Positions 1 to 12,734 of a stretch of 64,000 nucleotides of DNA are shown in pieces. The translations under genes were made by a program, and so were the position numbers. Location of the stretch: the NCBI RefSeq assembly GCF_006345805.1, contig NC_042998.1, positions 147,002,001-147,066,000 of the forward strand, given 5' to 3'. Source of the DNA: Octopus sinensis. Its lineage: Eukaryota. Below the pieces are notes generated by a model, which saw only the letters and a list, made by a program, of their open reading frames with translations, did not search any database and was not told the DNA's origin. Positions within the stretch are counted from its first letter, which is position 1. Each line of letters begins with the position of its first letter.

Positions 1-19
1 ACGGTTGTCAAATGGTAGC

Positions 20-66
<47 letters not shown>

Positions 67-217
67 CGGGCTTATTGTTTCCGTCTACCAAATTCACTTA
101 TAAGGCTTTGGTCGATCCGAGACTATGGTAGGAAACAGTTGCCCAAGGTACCAGGCAGTAGGACTGAACCCGGAACTATATAATAAAAAATAAACTTCTT
201 ACCACACAGCCACGCCA
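1..217 (-). mobile_element. SINE family B (tRNA-derived head, internal microsatellite), partial copy at window edge
   Basis: Matches the complete copies at 51360-51815, 54192-54590 and 63055-63560 (GGCGTGGCTGTGTGGTAAGAAG head; TTTGGTAGACGGAAAC motif). Confidence 0.8.
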
Positions 218-559
218 AAGGAAATTAAGGTATGTTATTTTTAGTAGCCTGATGCTAAATTTTCGGGGATGCGGAAGTGTTTATGAAATAGAAATGAAGA
301 GTCATGAGTTAGGAAGAATCAGATTGTATGAAAGGCATTTTTCTAAATTTGAAAGTTATTTGTTCAACTACACACATTTAGGTTTACATTCACACACTCG
401 CACGCATGCACACTCACAACATATCCACATTCATACACACTGAGGAAAATATGTTCAGATGTTTACGAATTCTTATATTTATAGAAGCTATGTAATGAGA
501 AGTAGAGATGATTGTGACGTTTCTGGGTGTATTACCGAGATACAGTAATCTAGACAAAA

Positions 560-710
560 ATAGATGAATATACGGGTAGAATTTTAGATATGGTTCACTC
601 TTTCGTCGACCTTGGAAGCACACTCTCTTTAGAGATGGATCCCTTGATTCTGGAAGAAATCTGAGGATGGGAAGAACCAGTAAAGCATTTGGAAGGCTTC
701 AACACTTAAT
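560..710 (+). pseudogene. RTE-type LINE RT C-terminal fragment
   Basis: Frameshifted translation RILDMVHSFVDLGSTL/RDGSLDSGRNLRMGRTSKAFGRLQ resembles the F.YLGS...RI.KA..AFG.L region of RTE/CR1-like RTs. Confidence 0.55.
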
Positions 711-1004
711 TCTGTTTGCTGTACGTTACAAGAATTGCTGTTTGACAAAGCTAAATCCAGTAGCTGATTTACAATCATTTAATTTAAACAAGGTTAAGAA
801 ATTAGGGTAAAAACCACTATATTATTAGTCGTATAACTAGCATTCTATTTAAAATAGACATCTGTGAATAATACTTAATGTATATACAACATTGGAACTA
901 GGCGAACATTATCCCAGTAGGAACTCACGAGAACATTAGTGGGTATGTAACAACTCACTACACGTCGTTGACAAGGCCAAGAAAATCGAAATGCGCCTGA
1001 TATT

Positions 1005-1248
1005 CAAGCGAGTCGCTCATGCATACCGGCCTCTCCTCTCCACGCCATCAGTGTTATCCAAGGGAAAGGCAGAGGCCGATACAGCTTGGCACCTGTGACG
1101 TCGCAACTCATGTCTACAGCTAAGTGAACTGGGGCGACGTGAAATAAACTGTCTTGCTCAAGAACACAACACAGCCCGGTCCGGGATTCGAACTCACAAC
1201 CACGAGATCGTAAGCTCGACGCTCTAACCACTGAGCCATGCACCTTCA
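1005..1248 (-). mobile_element. SINE family A (tRNA head, CORE-like middle, RTE-like tail), 3'-truncated
   Basis: A box TGGCTCAGTGG and B box GAGTTCGAATCC on the minus strand; homologous to 6545-6840 and 57321-57660. Confidence 0.85.
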
Positions 1249-1513
1249 CATTCACATAGCGTAATATAAATAAATACACATCTAATGTAGGGTTAAATTT
1301 TTCGAAAAAAATTCTATCAATGGCTAGCATATTAAAAAAATACCTTTAAAGATTAAATTTATAAACAATTTATAAGTAAGGGCAAAAGAAAAAAATCCTA
1401 ATGCCAAAATATGCCGAAAATAGACAAATCGTCAATAACCATGACATTTATCACTACAAGCACGCGTTTCGAAGAAAGCCGACAGAAATTTCTAAAAAAT
1501 CCCGTTATTATCA

Positions 1514-1567
1514 TATCGGACCCGATTTCAGAGTTAGTTCATAAGAACCTTCCCTTCATCAGTGATA
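1514..1567 (-). ncRNA. Minimal type-I hammerhead ribozyme motif (left arm)
   Basis: Reverse complement of the motif at 1997-2050. Confidence 0.7.
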
Positions 1568-1996
1568 AATGCGGCAAAGAAATAAGTGAAATACTTACTT
1601 ATACCCATGGAAGAAGTGAACACTAAGTCATGAGCACAACTAAGTACCCCAAATATATCCAGAATAGAAACTCTCCAGCCCATCTCGAGACACGTGCGAT
1701 TCGAACTAAAAAAACTCTCGTAAAGTGAGAGAGTCTGGAAGTGAAGACTATTAAATTAACAGCTAATGTAGGATAAAATGTAGGATTATCCTACATTAGA
1801 TGTTAATTTAATATTGTTCACTTCCAGACTCTCTCACTTTACAAGAGTTTTTTTTTAGTTCGAATCGCACGTGTCTCGAGATGGGCTAGAGAGTTTCTAT
1901 TCTGGATATATTTGGGGTACTTAGTTGTGCTCATGACTTAGTGTTCACTTCTTCCATGGGTATAAGTAAGTTTTTCACTTATTTCTTTGCCGCATT

Positions 1997-2050
1997 TATC
2001 ACTGATGAAGGGAAGGTTCTTATGAACTAACTCTGAAATCGGGTCCGATA
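1997..2050 (+). ncRNA. Minimal type-I hammerhead ribozyme motif (right arm)
   Basis: tatca-CTGATGA-aggg aa ggttc ttat gaact aa ctct-GAAA-tcggg-TC-cgata: canonical core, two-segment stem II, stem I tatc/gata. Confidence 0.7.
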
Positions 2051-2242
2051 TGGTAATAACGGGATTTTTTAGAAATTTCTGTCGGCTTTCTTCGAAACGC
2101 GTGCTTGTAGTGATAAATGACATGTTTATCGACGATTTGTCTATTTTCGGCATATTTTGGCATTAGAAATTTTTTCTTTTGCCCTTACTTATAAATTTTA
2201 TATATATATATATATATAAAACATATATACATACAATATTAG

Positions 2243-2660
2243 ATATATACATACATAAGGGTACTAAATGAGTACCTATATCGCTCATGATAGAAGTCAA
2301 AAAATACTTCTGTACCACCGAAAAGTCACAAATCTACTACAGACAAGATGAGAAAAAATATCAGCGAACAATAATAATGTCTTACCTCAAATGGGTCAGA
2401 ATAAGTAAATGCATTTACTTATTCTGACCCATTTGAGGTAAGACATTATTATTGTTCACTGATATTTTTTCCTATCTTGTCTGTAATAGATTTGTGACTT
2501 AATTGTTCTGACCCATTAGAGGTAAGACATTATTATTGTCCACTGATATTTTTTCCTATCATGTCTGTAATAGATTTGTGACTTTTCGGTAGTACAGAAG
2601 TATTTTTTGACTTCTATCATGAGCGATATAGGTACTCATATAGTACCCTTGTGTATATAT
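2243..2660. repeat. Spacerless palindrome with a tandem duplication inside the right arm
   Basis: Centre AAGTAAATG|CATTTACTT at 2411/2412; right arm repeats ~80 bp (about 2422-2500 and 2507-2585); flanked by TA-rich tracts. Confidence 0.9.
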
Positions 2661-2753
2661 GTACATACCTAATATTGTATGTATATATTTTATTAATTTG
2701 CCTGTACAGCTATAATTCGCTTACCACTTGTGATGGTATTTTAATAATACTAT

Positions 2754-2849
<96 letters not shown>

Positions 2850-4560
2850 TATAATTATATATATATATATATATTGATAGTGTTTTTAATGTATGTCTTT
2901 GTGGTGTAAATACATTAATAATAATGCACAGATGGCTATTTCAATTTAAAACTGTTTCACCTGCACACACCGAGTTTTTATTCAGCTGGGAGGGTTTTCT
3001 GATATATCAGTGAATGTATTTGTCACTGTTACCGATTTTTTTTTATTGAGTTCGACAGGATTTCTGGCGTACACCGAGTGTTCTATTTAATTTTGAGTCA
3101 GTTTTTGGTGGCCTGGTGTAAAAGACTTAAACACTAATAAAGTATAATTAAGCTAATTTCATGAAGATAATTTTTTTCGTATTCTGATGACTGTTCATTA
3201 TATTTGAATGATATTTGACAGCTATTAACTGTCATATGTCCTGTCGACTTTTAAAATTTCTGCATTCTTCCCACCGCCTAAATACATTCAGGTCGGTTGT
3301 ACTTTCATGGAAAATATGTCATGTTAACCGAAATTAGAAGATATTTAGGAATTTTGTCATATTTGGATTAAAAGGACTCGGAGTTTTCCGTAAGAAAACT
3401 GCTTAAAAAAACATAATTTTTGTACGAGTCAAAGAAATTCTAAAGTCCACGCTTAATTCTAAAGTAAGCGGATGAGAGATTCCATCTCTCATGGTTAAAC
3501 TATAACAGTTAGAAAATATATTTCTTAGTTATAAACCAAATAGAAATTGTATAATGTATAAACTTTAAATTCAAAAGCTGATGCCCAAATACTGTGCAAT
3601 GCATTTCCCCCCTAAATATTTTTATATGTTACACTTGCCTATCCTCTCCTCCTCCAAATTTCTGGCTTTGGGTCTAAATCAGAAACAATTATTATCTCAA
3701 AGTTAAGAACGAGCGCCGTGATATATGAAGTAAACTTTTGCGGTGATAAATCCGAAACAGTTTCAAATCTCCGTTCAGATATTTTAACATAATTCGCTAC
3801 ACCCATTGTTTCTTTCCAGAAAATCATGAACGCTGCTTACTATTAACGTTCCTTTCCCTATAATATCGAACGTTTTGACTTTATATTTAGTTACACGAAA
3901 CTAAAGTTTTATTTTATTATTTCTCTCTCATCACAACACAACGGAAAATTGTGGATCAGTAGTTCTATTAGCTTAGAGTTCGAACACTTTTTTTTTTTTT
4001 AGATTAGCGATTGTGTTTATAGTAGTTTTGGCTGTTTATTGGTTGATTAGGAGTTTTTTCTTCACTTAAAAATAACGATTAAACGAATGTCTAAATTATC
4101 AGATAAATAACCAATTTTCAAATATTTTATACAAAAACATGTTTGAGAATTTCCAAGATGTTATTGCCATTACTTTTTTTTATTTATTTACTGCCCCCTG
4201 CCTTTTAAAGTTATAAAATGGCATTAATTAAGTGTAATCAAAGGTTAATTTCGTTTTCTCTGATCAGAAAGTAATTATAAAACATTAACTGTAAATGAAA
4301 CACATTGGTTGCAGAACAGCAGCTGACAATATTGCAGAGATTTGGATTAAATGAATTTCTCTCAAATAGCCCTGACCAGACCCCACAAAATTCTTAGCAG
4401 TTAATGGATGCTTCAAAGATGCCAAAATACAAAACAAAATAAATAAATAATGATAATTATGATAAAAAGTAAACTTCTTGAACGTCGTTTGGAAAAATTA
4501 ATCAGTTTCTCAGATTAGATTTTAATTTGGAAAGAAATTGAGGAATAAACAACAAAGATT

Positions 4561-4845
4561 GGGGGGAAAGTGCGAGAGAGGGAAGAGAGATGAGAGAAAA
4601 AAAGAGAAAGGGAGAAAGAGAGAAGAGAGAGAGAAAGAGAGCGGGGGAATGAAAGTGAAGAGGGTGGTGAGTGAGAGAGGGAGAGGGAGTGAGGAGGTAA
4701 GGTAAGGGAGAAATAGGGAGAGGGAGTGAGGAGGGTGGAGAGAGCGGAAAAAGAGAAAACGAACGGGGGCGGAAGAAAGTGACAGGGAGATAGACAGAGA
4801 GCGCGGGAAAGAGAGGGAGGGGGAGTGAAGGAGAGGGAGTGTAGT
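4561..4845. repeat. Polypurine (GA-rich) low-complexity tract
   Basis: Direct inspection. Confidence 0.9.
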
Positions 4846-5069
4846 AAGGTTGTAAACATCAATTAGTTACCAATTTAATCTTATTTAACCTTTTCGCGAA
4901 ACTCAGAGGTGAGTTAGAGCTAAAATCTTTGGTTTTCTAATGTTGAGCAGACGAGTAAAAAGAAAATGTTCTGTTCGTGGACAGAGCCCTAATTCTTCGC
5001 TGAAAATTTTCCTAACAACATCTGGAGAACGTTCAGTACCGAACATACAGGAAAATTAGTACAAAGAGA

Positions 5070-5252
5070 ATTAATACATTATTTACATTTGACGGATATT
5101 TGTCCCCCATCTTGTTTGTTTTTAACACAACATTTCGGCTGATATATCCTCCAGCCTTCATCAGGTGTCTTGGGGAAATTTCGAATTTGGGTTCTCATTC
5201 CTAAGGTATTTCTGGATGTTATAATAATATTATTATTATTATATTATTATTA

Positions 5253-5299
<47 letters not shown>

Positions 5300-5414
5300 T
5301 CACTACCTAGAATCGAACTCGGAATCTTGGGGTTAGCAGCCCGCGCTCTTAACCACTATGCCATATGCCCTTCCGAATTCGATGCCAGGCAGTGACCTGA
5401 ATAATAATAATAAT

Positions 5415-5466
<52 letters not shown>

Positions 5467-5520
5467 TCCGTCAAATGTAAATAACGTACATAATTCCTCA
5501 TTGTCTTAAATATAGAACTG
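5070..5520 (-). mobile_element. tRNA-headed, hammerhead-containing element plus an inverted, internally deleted copy
   Basis: Minus strand: tRNA-like head 5370->5296, (AAT)n, hammerhead 5169->5124, tail ATATCCGTCAAATGTAAATAA. Plus strand 5371-5520 repeats the B-box half, (AAT)n and tail. Confidence 0.75.
5124..5169 (-). ncRNA. Minimal type-I hammerhead ribozyme motif
   Basis: gacac-CTGATGA-a ggctg gaggatatat cagcc-GAAA-tg-TT-gtgtt: canonical core, 5-bp stem II, 5-bp stem I. Stem III is probably ACGT with CpG decay. Confidence 0.75.
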
Positions 5521-6069
5521 AAAGAGAATTTATCTTGGTCAGAGACATAACAAAACATACAAAGGGTCGTGAAATCACGAGTCGTGAGCTGACAGTCCGT
5601 ATGAGATTTATTCAGTCGTTTCTCGTACACCTCATATTTCTTATAGAATATCATGTTGTAATGGAGATTGAACACTGAATTTAGAATTGAAATTACAATT
5701 TCTTGTAGCCTTTCAATTTTTTGATATGAAATGGCTAAGATCCATTTATTCCAATTCATAGAAGACGAAGGTTTATTTCATGATGTAAGGTATAATAGTC
5801 AGTAGAAAGAGTACAGATTTTCTTGTCGCATTTTCTCATGTTTTCTCATAGGCCAGCGGCCTGGTTTTTAAATACATCTGACGTATGAACTGAGTCTTAA
5901 AGATTGCTTTTAGATACATGGTGCATTATATAAATTTGCCAATTTAATGTGAATCAAAAGCATGAAGTTATTAGTAGCTCTTTTGTGATGTGTATATTAA
6001 ATGATATTTATCCCTCACTGGACAGTGTACATTTTTTGCTGAACCAATCTATATTTGAACTGCAATCTA

Positions 6070-6200
<131 letters not shown>

Positions 6201-6236
6201 TGTGTGTGTGTGTGTGGTGTGTGTGTGTGTGTGTGT

Positions 6237-6480
6237 GGAGGCGCGTGGCTTAGTGGCTAGGGTGTCAGCATCATGATCGTAAGATTGTGGTTTCGATTCC
6301 TGGACCGGGCGACGCGTTGTGTTCTTGAGCAAAACACTTCATTTCACGTTGCTCCAGTCCACTCAGCTGACAAAAATGAGTAAAGCTGCGATGGACTGGC
6401 GTCCCGTTCATCTGGAGAACACATACGCCATTGAAACCGGGAAACCGGGCCCATGAGTATGGCTATGTTTTAAAAGGGCT
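6237..6480 (+). mobile_element. SINE family A-related subfamily
   Basis: GGCGCGTGGCTTAGTGG head, TTCGATTCC B box, TGTTCTTGAGCAAAACACTT core. Confidence 0.8.
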
Positions 6481-6488
6481 TATTTATA

Positions 6489-6523
<35 letters not shown>

Positions 6524-6544
6524 ATATTATATATATATATATAT

Positions 6545-6840
6545 ATTGTGAGCTCGAATCCCGGACCGGGCTGCGTGTTGTGTTCTTGAGCAAGGCACTT
6601 TATTTCACGTTGCTCCAGTTCACTCAGCTGTAGAAATGAGTTGCGACGTCACTGGTGCCAAGCTGTATCGACCTTTCTCTTTCCCTTGGACAACACTGGT
6701 GGCGTGGAGAGGGGAGGCTGGTATGCATGGGCGACTGCTGGTCTTCCATAAACAACCTTGCCCGGACTTGTGTCTAGGAGGGTAACTTTCTAGGTGCAAT
6801 CCCATGGTCATTCATGACCGAAGGGGGTCTTTACCCCTTT
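6545..6840 (+). mobile_element. SINE family A, 5'-truncated, inside (TA)n
   Basis: Homologous to 57321-57620 including the tail CCATGGTC...TGACCGAAGGGGGTC. Confidence 0.85.
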
Positions 6841-6864
6841 ATATATATATATATATATATATAG

Positions 6865-8400
6865 GGAGTATTCACAAAAAAACGAAAGATGAAGACAGGT
6901 GGTGTAGACAACAAACAGATGTATTAGTATAACACTCGGGATGTGAAAAAGTCTTTAACGTTTCGGGCCTACGCTCTTCCACATAAAGGAACACTGAAAG
7001 AAACAAAGAGAGAAAATAAAGAATGTGTAGTGGCTAGCGATCTATCATGGCGAATGCCGGACAAAAGGGTCACACAGGAGGTATAGGGAGAAGGGGAGCT
7101 AATAAAGTAGTGGTGATCCGAAAACTCTCTTACACATGTGTATAAGAGAGTTTATATGTGCGTGTGGAAGAGGGCTGGTAATCTCGATGAGTGTGTGTGC
7201 GTATTTGTAGGTGTGAAAATGTGGGTCTCGGAAGTGGTCAGTGCTGATGCGTGCATGGTGGTGTGATGTGATGTGTTTGTGGTATGGTGGTGTAAGGTGT
7301 AGTGGTGTGTGGTGTGGTGTGATGGTGTTGGGAGGTGGTGGAGGCGAGAGTGGGGAAAGCAAGGGTGGGGTATATGGGTAGGCGGAGGGTGGAGGTAGAG
7401 GTGGAATATGTAGGAGTGGGTGTAAGGGATGGGGTGGAGTGGGCTAGAGAAAGATAGGGAAGGTGTAAGGGGAATGTGTAGGTGGTGGAGCGGGCTTACA
7501 AGGGAGGGGTGACGATGAAGAGGAGGAAGGAGAAGGTGGGCAGGAATGAAGAGAAGAGTGCAGGTGAAGGAGTCGGTGATATGGTCGATGATGGGTGCCG
7601 GTGAGGAGGGTGATGTTGGGGAGGTAAGGGCAAGTGCGGCAGCGTGGGCGGGAGCAGGGGAACGAGCCGGGTTGGGCGGTTGGGTTAGGGAAGAAGCTGT
7701 GGACCAAGAGGTCTCGTAGATTGTGGCTCGTTTGAAGGAAGGGGAGGGATCGGTTAGGGAAGATGTGTGAAGTGGACGGGTCGGACTGAAGTCGCCGGAA
7801 GGTTCGAAGAATGGTGCGCTGGAGAGGTAGGGCAGTGGGGTGGTAGGTTAGGGGAAATGGGAGGCGAGAGACGGCAGGGTGGGTTCGAGAGAAGAGAGCA
7901 GATATACGGTCCACAGAAGTGCTCTGGCAAAGGCGGTTTGGATAGTGGTAAGGGGATATCCACGTAGGATGAAGTGGCGAGCCATGAGTTGAGACTGAGT
8001 CTCAAAGTCATGGTCGTCACTAAAGAGCCTGTGTAGACGGACGAATTGGGAATAGGGGATGGAAAGCTGGGTGTGTTTAGGGTGGGAGGAAGAGTTGAGG
8101 TAAGAGTGAGAGTCTGTGTTTGTAGTAGATGGAGATGGTGAGAGTGGAGTGATGAATGCTGACCGAAATGTCATGAAAAAGAGACAGAGGTGTCAGAGAT
8201 AGTGCAGGAAAAGTGGAAGGCAGGATGGAAAGATTTGACAAAATAGAGGAAGGAGTCTAGATGTTCGCGGAAGAGTGAGGTCGCACCGATACAGTCGTCA
8301 ATATAACAGCCATATAGTTCAGGAGTGGTACCAGTGAAACTTGAGAATATTTGGGCCTCAACGTAGCCAACGAACAGGTTCGCATAGTTGGGGCCCATTA
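6865..8400 (-). mobile_element. Penelope-like element, 5'-truncated, GIY-YIG largely deleted, with pseudo-LTR
   Basis: MGPNYANLFVGYVE, YIDD RT motif, SIPYSQFVRLHRLFS thumb, CSRPRCRTC linker; pLTR ~6865-7550; (TA)n on both sides. Confidence 0.9.
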
Positions 8401-8439
8401 ATGTTATATATATTTATATATATATATATATATATATTA

Positions 8440-8497
<58 letters not shown>

Positions 8498-8580
8498 AAA
8501 ATTAATTAATAGAAACCACGCAAAAACCATATATACTGTATATATATATATTATATATATATATATATATGTGTGTGTGT

Positions 8581-8642
<62 letters not shown>

Positions 8643-9330
8643 TGTGTGTGTGTGTGTGTTGTGTGTGTGTGTGTGTGTGCTTGTGTGTTGTGTGTGTGTG
8701 TATGTGTGTGCTTGTGTGTAGAAAACAGCAGAATATGATAGATATGAATAACATAGCAAGTGCTCAAGCACTTTGTGTATATTTTCACTTAATGAATAAA
8801 ATAAAATTAAATAGAACAATAAAATAGACAATGTAAAAAAGTAACGGTAAAGAAAAGCTAGATGTCTCCAATTTTGTCATTGTCAATGTATATTCTAAAC
8901 TTGGCCTTTCAAGTTTGACCTCTTGCTTTATAAGCAGCAATTTTTCAGGAAGTTATTTAATAAAATGTGTAGTTCCTAACCAGGTCACATGAAGATTGAC
9001 AAAAATGCACGCTATTAACAGAGGTGGAGACCTCTGACACGAGTAATGTAAATCAGTTTGTCACCAGCCAAACAACCAGGGAACATACATACATACATAC
9101 ATACATACATACATACATCCATACGTACATACATACATACATACATACATACATACATACATACATACATACATACATACGTACGTACGTACATATATAT
9201 ATGTATACACACGCACATAAATACATATATACAAATATACATTATATATATGCGTATATATATATATACAAATATACATTATGTACAGATATGCGTATAT
9301 ATATGTGTGTGTGTATGTGTGCGCGTGTGT

Positions 9331-9645
9331 GAAGGTGCATGGCTTAGTGGTTAGGGCATTCGACTCACAATTGTAAGGTCGTGAGTTCAATTCCCGGTGA
9401 GCCGTTCTGAACTGCAGCAAGACACTTTAATTCACTTTGCCTCAGTCCACTGGCAAAAATGAATTGTACCTGTATTTCAAAGGGCCAGCCTTGTCATACT
9501 TTGTGTCACGCTGAATCTCCCTGAGATCTACGATAAGGGTTCACGTGTTTGGATTGTTTAGCCACTTGCACGTTAATTTCACGAGCAAGCTGCTCCGCTG
9601 ATCGTATCAGCTGGAACCCTCGTCGTCGTAACCGACGTAGTGCTC
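9331..9645 (+). mobile_element. tRNA-derived SINE (family A-like head, different tail)
   Basis: GAAGGTGCATGGCTTAGTGG...GAGTTCAATTCC, CAAGACACTTT core. Confidence 0.75.
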
Positions 9646-9646
9646 A

Positions 9647-9703
<57 letters not shown>

Positions 9704-9828
9704 GTTCACACACACACATATATATATATACATACAATCAGATATTTTATATATATATACACACATATTTTATATGAACCCTAATTATAATTATACTCAT
9801 AACCGATAATCGTTCTTTATACACAAAC

Positions 9829-9869
<41 letters not shown>

Positions 9870-9952
9870 CTCGCGTGTGTATGTGTAGTAAAGCTTCAAG
9901 AAGTAGACAAGCACTCGATCAACTAAGATTATGTATGTATCCGCTCACGCCG

Positions 9953-10925
9953 CCGCAGTTGCCCTTACCTCTCCAACACCACCCTCCTCACCGGCACACA
10001 TCATCGACCCTATCACATCACTGACTCCTTCACCTGCACTTTTACCAATATCATCTACTGCATCTCTTGTTCTCTCTGTCCTTCTCTATACATCTGGAAA
10101 ACGGGACGACGCTTGGCTGACCGATTCGCGGAACACCTCCGAGACATCCAGCTCGGCAATGACACCCCGCTCTCACGCCATTTCCGTTCTACCGGTCACT
10201 CTTTGCAACACCTGTCTGTGTTCGGATTGTCCTTGCACAGGGGCCATCCGGACTCCCGTTTGCGCCGCGAATAGGGATTAATCTTCTCTCTTTGCTCCTT
10301 TGCGCCACATGAGATCAACTCTCCTCCCCTCTTTATCTAATCTTCCTCCCCTCTCCTCTCTTCCTCTTACACCTACTTCCTCCCATCCATCTCTCCTCTC
10401 GCTCCGACTTCTACTTCTCTTCACTTCTACTCTGCTTTTCTCTTCTCTCCACTCCTACCTCTCTTTTCCCTTCCCCCTCTCCCTTCATCATCACCCCTCC
10501 CTCGTAACCCCACCCCTACACAATCCAACCTCACCTTCCCTATCCATCCCACCCACTCCCACATATCCCACCTCTACCCCCCTCAGCCTAATTCACACCC
10601 CACTCTCGCCTCCCCCACATCCCAACGCTACCACACCACATCACATCACTCCACCACACTAGTACTGACTACTTCCCAGCTCCCATACCATCATACACCA
10701 ACACAAGCACACACGCACACGTCAAGGTCACCATCCCTCTTCCACACGCACTTACATGCTCTCGTATACACACGCACGCGCACCTTCGTTTTCGGACCAC
10801 CACTACTTTTTCTGCTCTATAATGTTGCTTCTTGATTGTGTACCAAACAGTAATGAACCCACCACACTGGAATACTGCAACCACATCTGTTTCTACGCAT
10901 ACCATCGCCAATGACGGCATCTAAA
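9953..10925 (+). mobile_element. PLE 3' fragment: GIY-YIG endonuclease remnant and part of the pLTR
   Basis: Translation HITDSFTCTFTNIIYCISCSLCPSLYIWKTGRRLADRFAEHLRDI...; same family as 6865-8400 and 35602-36401. Confidence 0.85.
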
Positions 10926-11915
10926 AGAAAGCCAAACGGTTGATATCAAATACACACTTGTCATCCTTTTTACATTAAGTTTCTATCAGGTTATGATCTC
11001 ATCCTTAGGATATTTTTTTAACCCTAGGACTTATCAGCAGACATAGATATCCTCTCGCGCTCCTTCACCTTTGATTCAGCGGCACATCTGGAGAGCGAGA
11101 GAGGGGTGGAAGGGTAGAGAGGGGGAAGAGAGGAGGAGAGAGAAGGGGAGAGAGAGCTCCACCAGTAACCGGGTGATACTCATTTACAGCTGAAATACAT
11201 CGATACAACTTGTTGCCCGGTCCAAAAATTGAACGCACGACCTAATGATCGTGATCCAAACACCCGAACCTCTAGGTCATGTGTTATAATGTTTCACAGC
11301 ACGTACTTGACCGATATTCCATAGTTCCATGAATTCAAAATCTATTCTGTGTCTTGAACAATAAGGGGTTGTAATACAAATTGTAAATTTGGTATTGTTT
11401 TGTCAGAGTATAAAAGTCATGTACAGTTGTGGAGATGAGAGGGGATTGTCTTGTCTACAATTGTAGAGAAGACAGCATCTAAGGCTTTTTGCTCTGATTA
11501 TATGTTGTTCATTATAACTATTGATATCTATCTAATAGATTAAGTAGCATAATACAGCCTCGATGATAACATAGAAACAGATTTTCCGCAATAGAAAAAT
11601 CCCGAAACTTGCGTAAAAAATGTTCTTTAAAAGAAGTTAACTGAATCATTGATTATAGAATCTCCAGAAAGATTCTTTTAAGAGAAATCTTTCTTGCAGA
11701 AAAATTCTTTAAAAAGGTGCAAACCTTAGAGTACGGATGCTATTATGCTAATTACGGCCAATAGAAACCACTTAAGATAAAATATATTTTAATATCATGG
11801 AGGGTTCTTGAGACAGAAAAAACAATCAACTTTGTCCTTTGTTAATGACTGGTTTCTATTCTGCTATCAATGCAAATGCAAAGACAAATATACACATGAT
11901 ACTTATAAAGCTATG

Positions 11916-11957
<42 letters not shown>

Positions 11958-12529
11958 GTGTTTGCGTTTGTGTGTGTGTATGTATGAGTGTTTGTGCATG
12001 TGTGTGTGTCTGTACGTGTGTGTGTGTGTGTGTGCGTATATCTATATACATATGTATGCGTGTGTGAATGTATATATGTATATGTATATTATATATGTAA
12101 ATATAGGCCACCTCACCTAAGGCTTTCTATTGTTGCCAATATAATGTTTCATACATAAGCTACGGCCATTTAATCGGTCAGAGCTGTCAGTGACTCGACT
12201 ACTTATGCTGGTTTATTATGTAAATAATAGAAGCAAAACAATAGCAACTAATTGAAACACTTAATGACAACTGTTTGAAGAAATAAAGGCCATCCCTTTT
12301 GTTGCTAGTTTGTAAAATATATGAATAAGTGGTGTTTATTGGTGGCAATGCACTGTTAAGAATTAGGTGGAGTACTTTGTTATTAGAAGACAATCTTTGT
12401 GTGTAAAATAATTCTTTACTAAAACACGTTGTAGCAACTACAAAGATCTTTCCAATATTTGCAATCAAACATAATAATAATTGACTTTTATATGAAGATA
12501 TGCCTTTTACTGTTTACTTTTTACTTCCT

Positions 12530-12700
12530 TCAATCATTGGATTGTGTAGCCATTCTTTAGAATTTAATCAAACAAATCGACACCAATACTTTTTCTTTTA
12601 AAGTCTATATTTATTCTATCGATCTTTCTCATCAAAACCACCCAGTTACGGGGACGTAAACAAACCAACACCGGTTGTCAAGCGATAGAGGGCATATACG
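12530..12700 (-). mobile_element. SINE family B 3' half, degenerate
   Basis: GTTACGGGGACGTAAACAAACCAACACCGGTTGTCAAGCG motif. Confidence 0.7.
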
Positions 12701-12734
12701 CAAACACAAAGATACAACACACATATATATGGCA

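Larger units (their letters stand above)
1367..2197. repeat. ~410-bp-arm inverted repeat (inverted PLE pseudo-LTR pair) with a hammerhead motif in each arm
   Basis: Arms 1367-1776 and 1786-2197 are near-perfect reverse complements, which produces the mirror ORFs 1411..1626+ and 1938..2153-. Spacer is 9 bp. Confidence 0.95.

Noticed and set aside
1411-2153. Twin 71-aa ORFs (MPKIDKSS...) as a duplicated gene or toxin-antitoxin-like pair
   Set aside because: They are mirror images created by the palindrome, lie antisense to the hammerheads, and show no recognisable protein motif.
3184-3260. CTGATGA followed by hairpins as another hammerhead
   Set aside because: No appropriately placed GAAA or stem I partner found.
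3639-3827. Minus-strand 62-aa ORF ending near a GCAAGT (GC donor-like) site as a host exon
   Set aside because: No recognisable homology or partner exons; cannot be supported without RNA-seq.
5296-5370. Functional tRNA gene
   Set aside because: Acceptor and T stems pair poorly; treated as a tRNA-derived element head, like the other SINE heads in the window.
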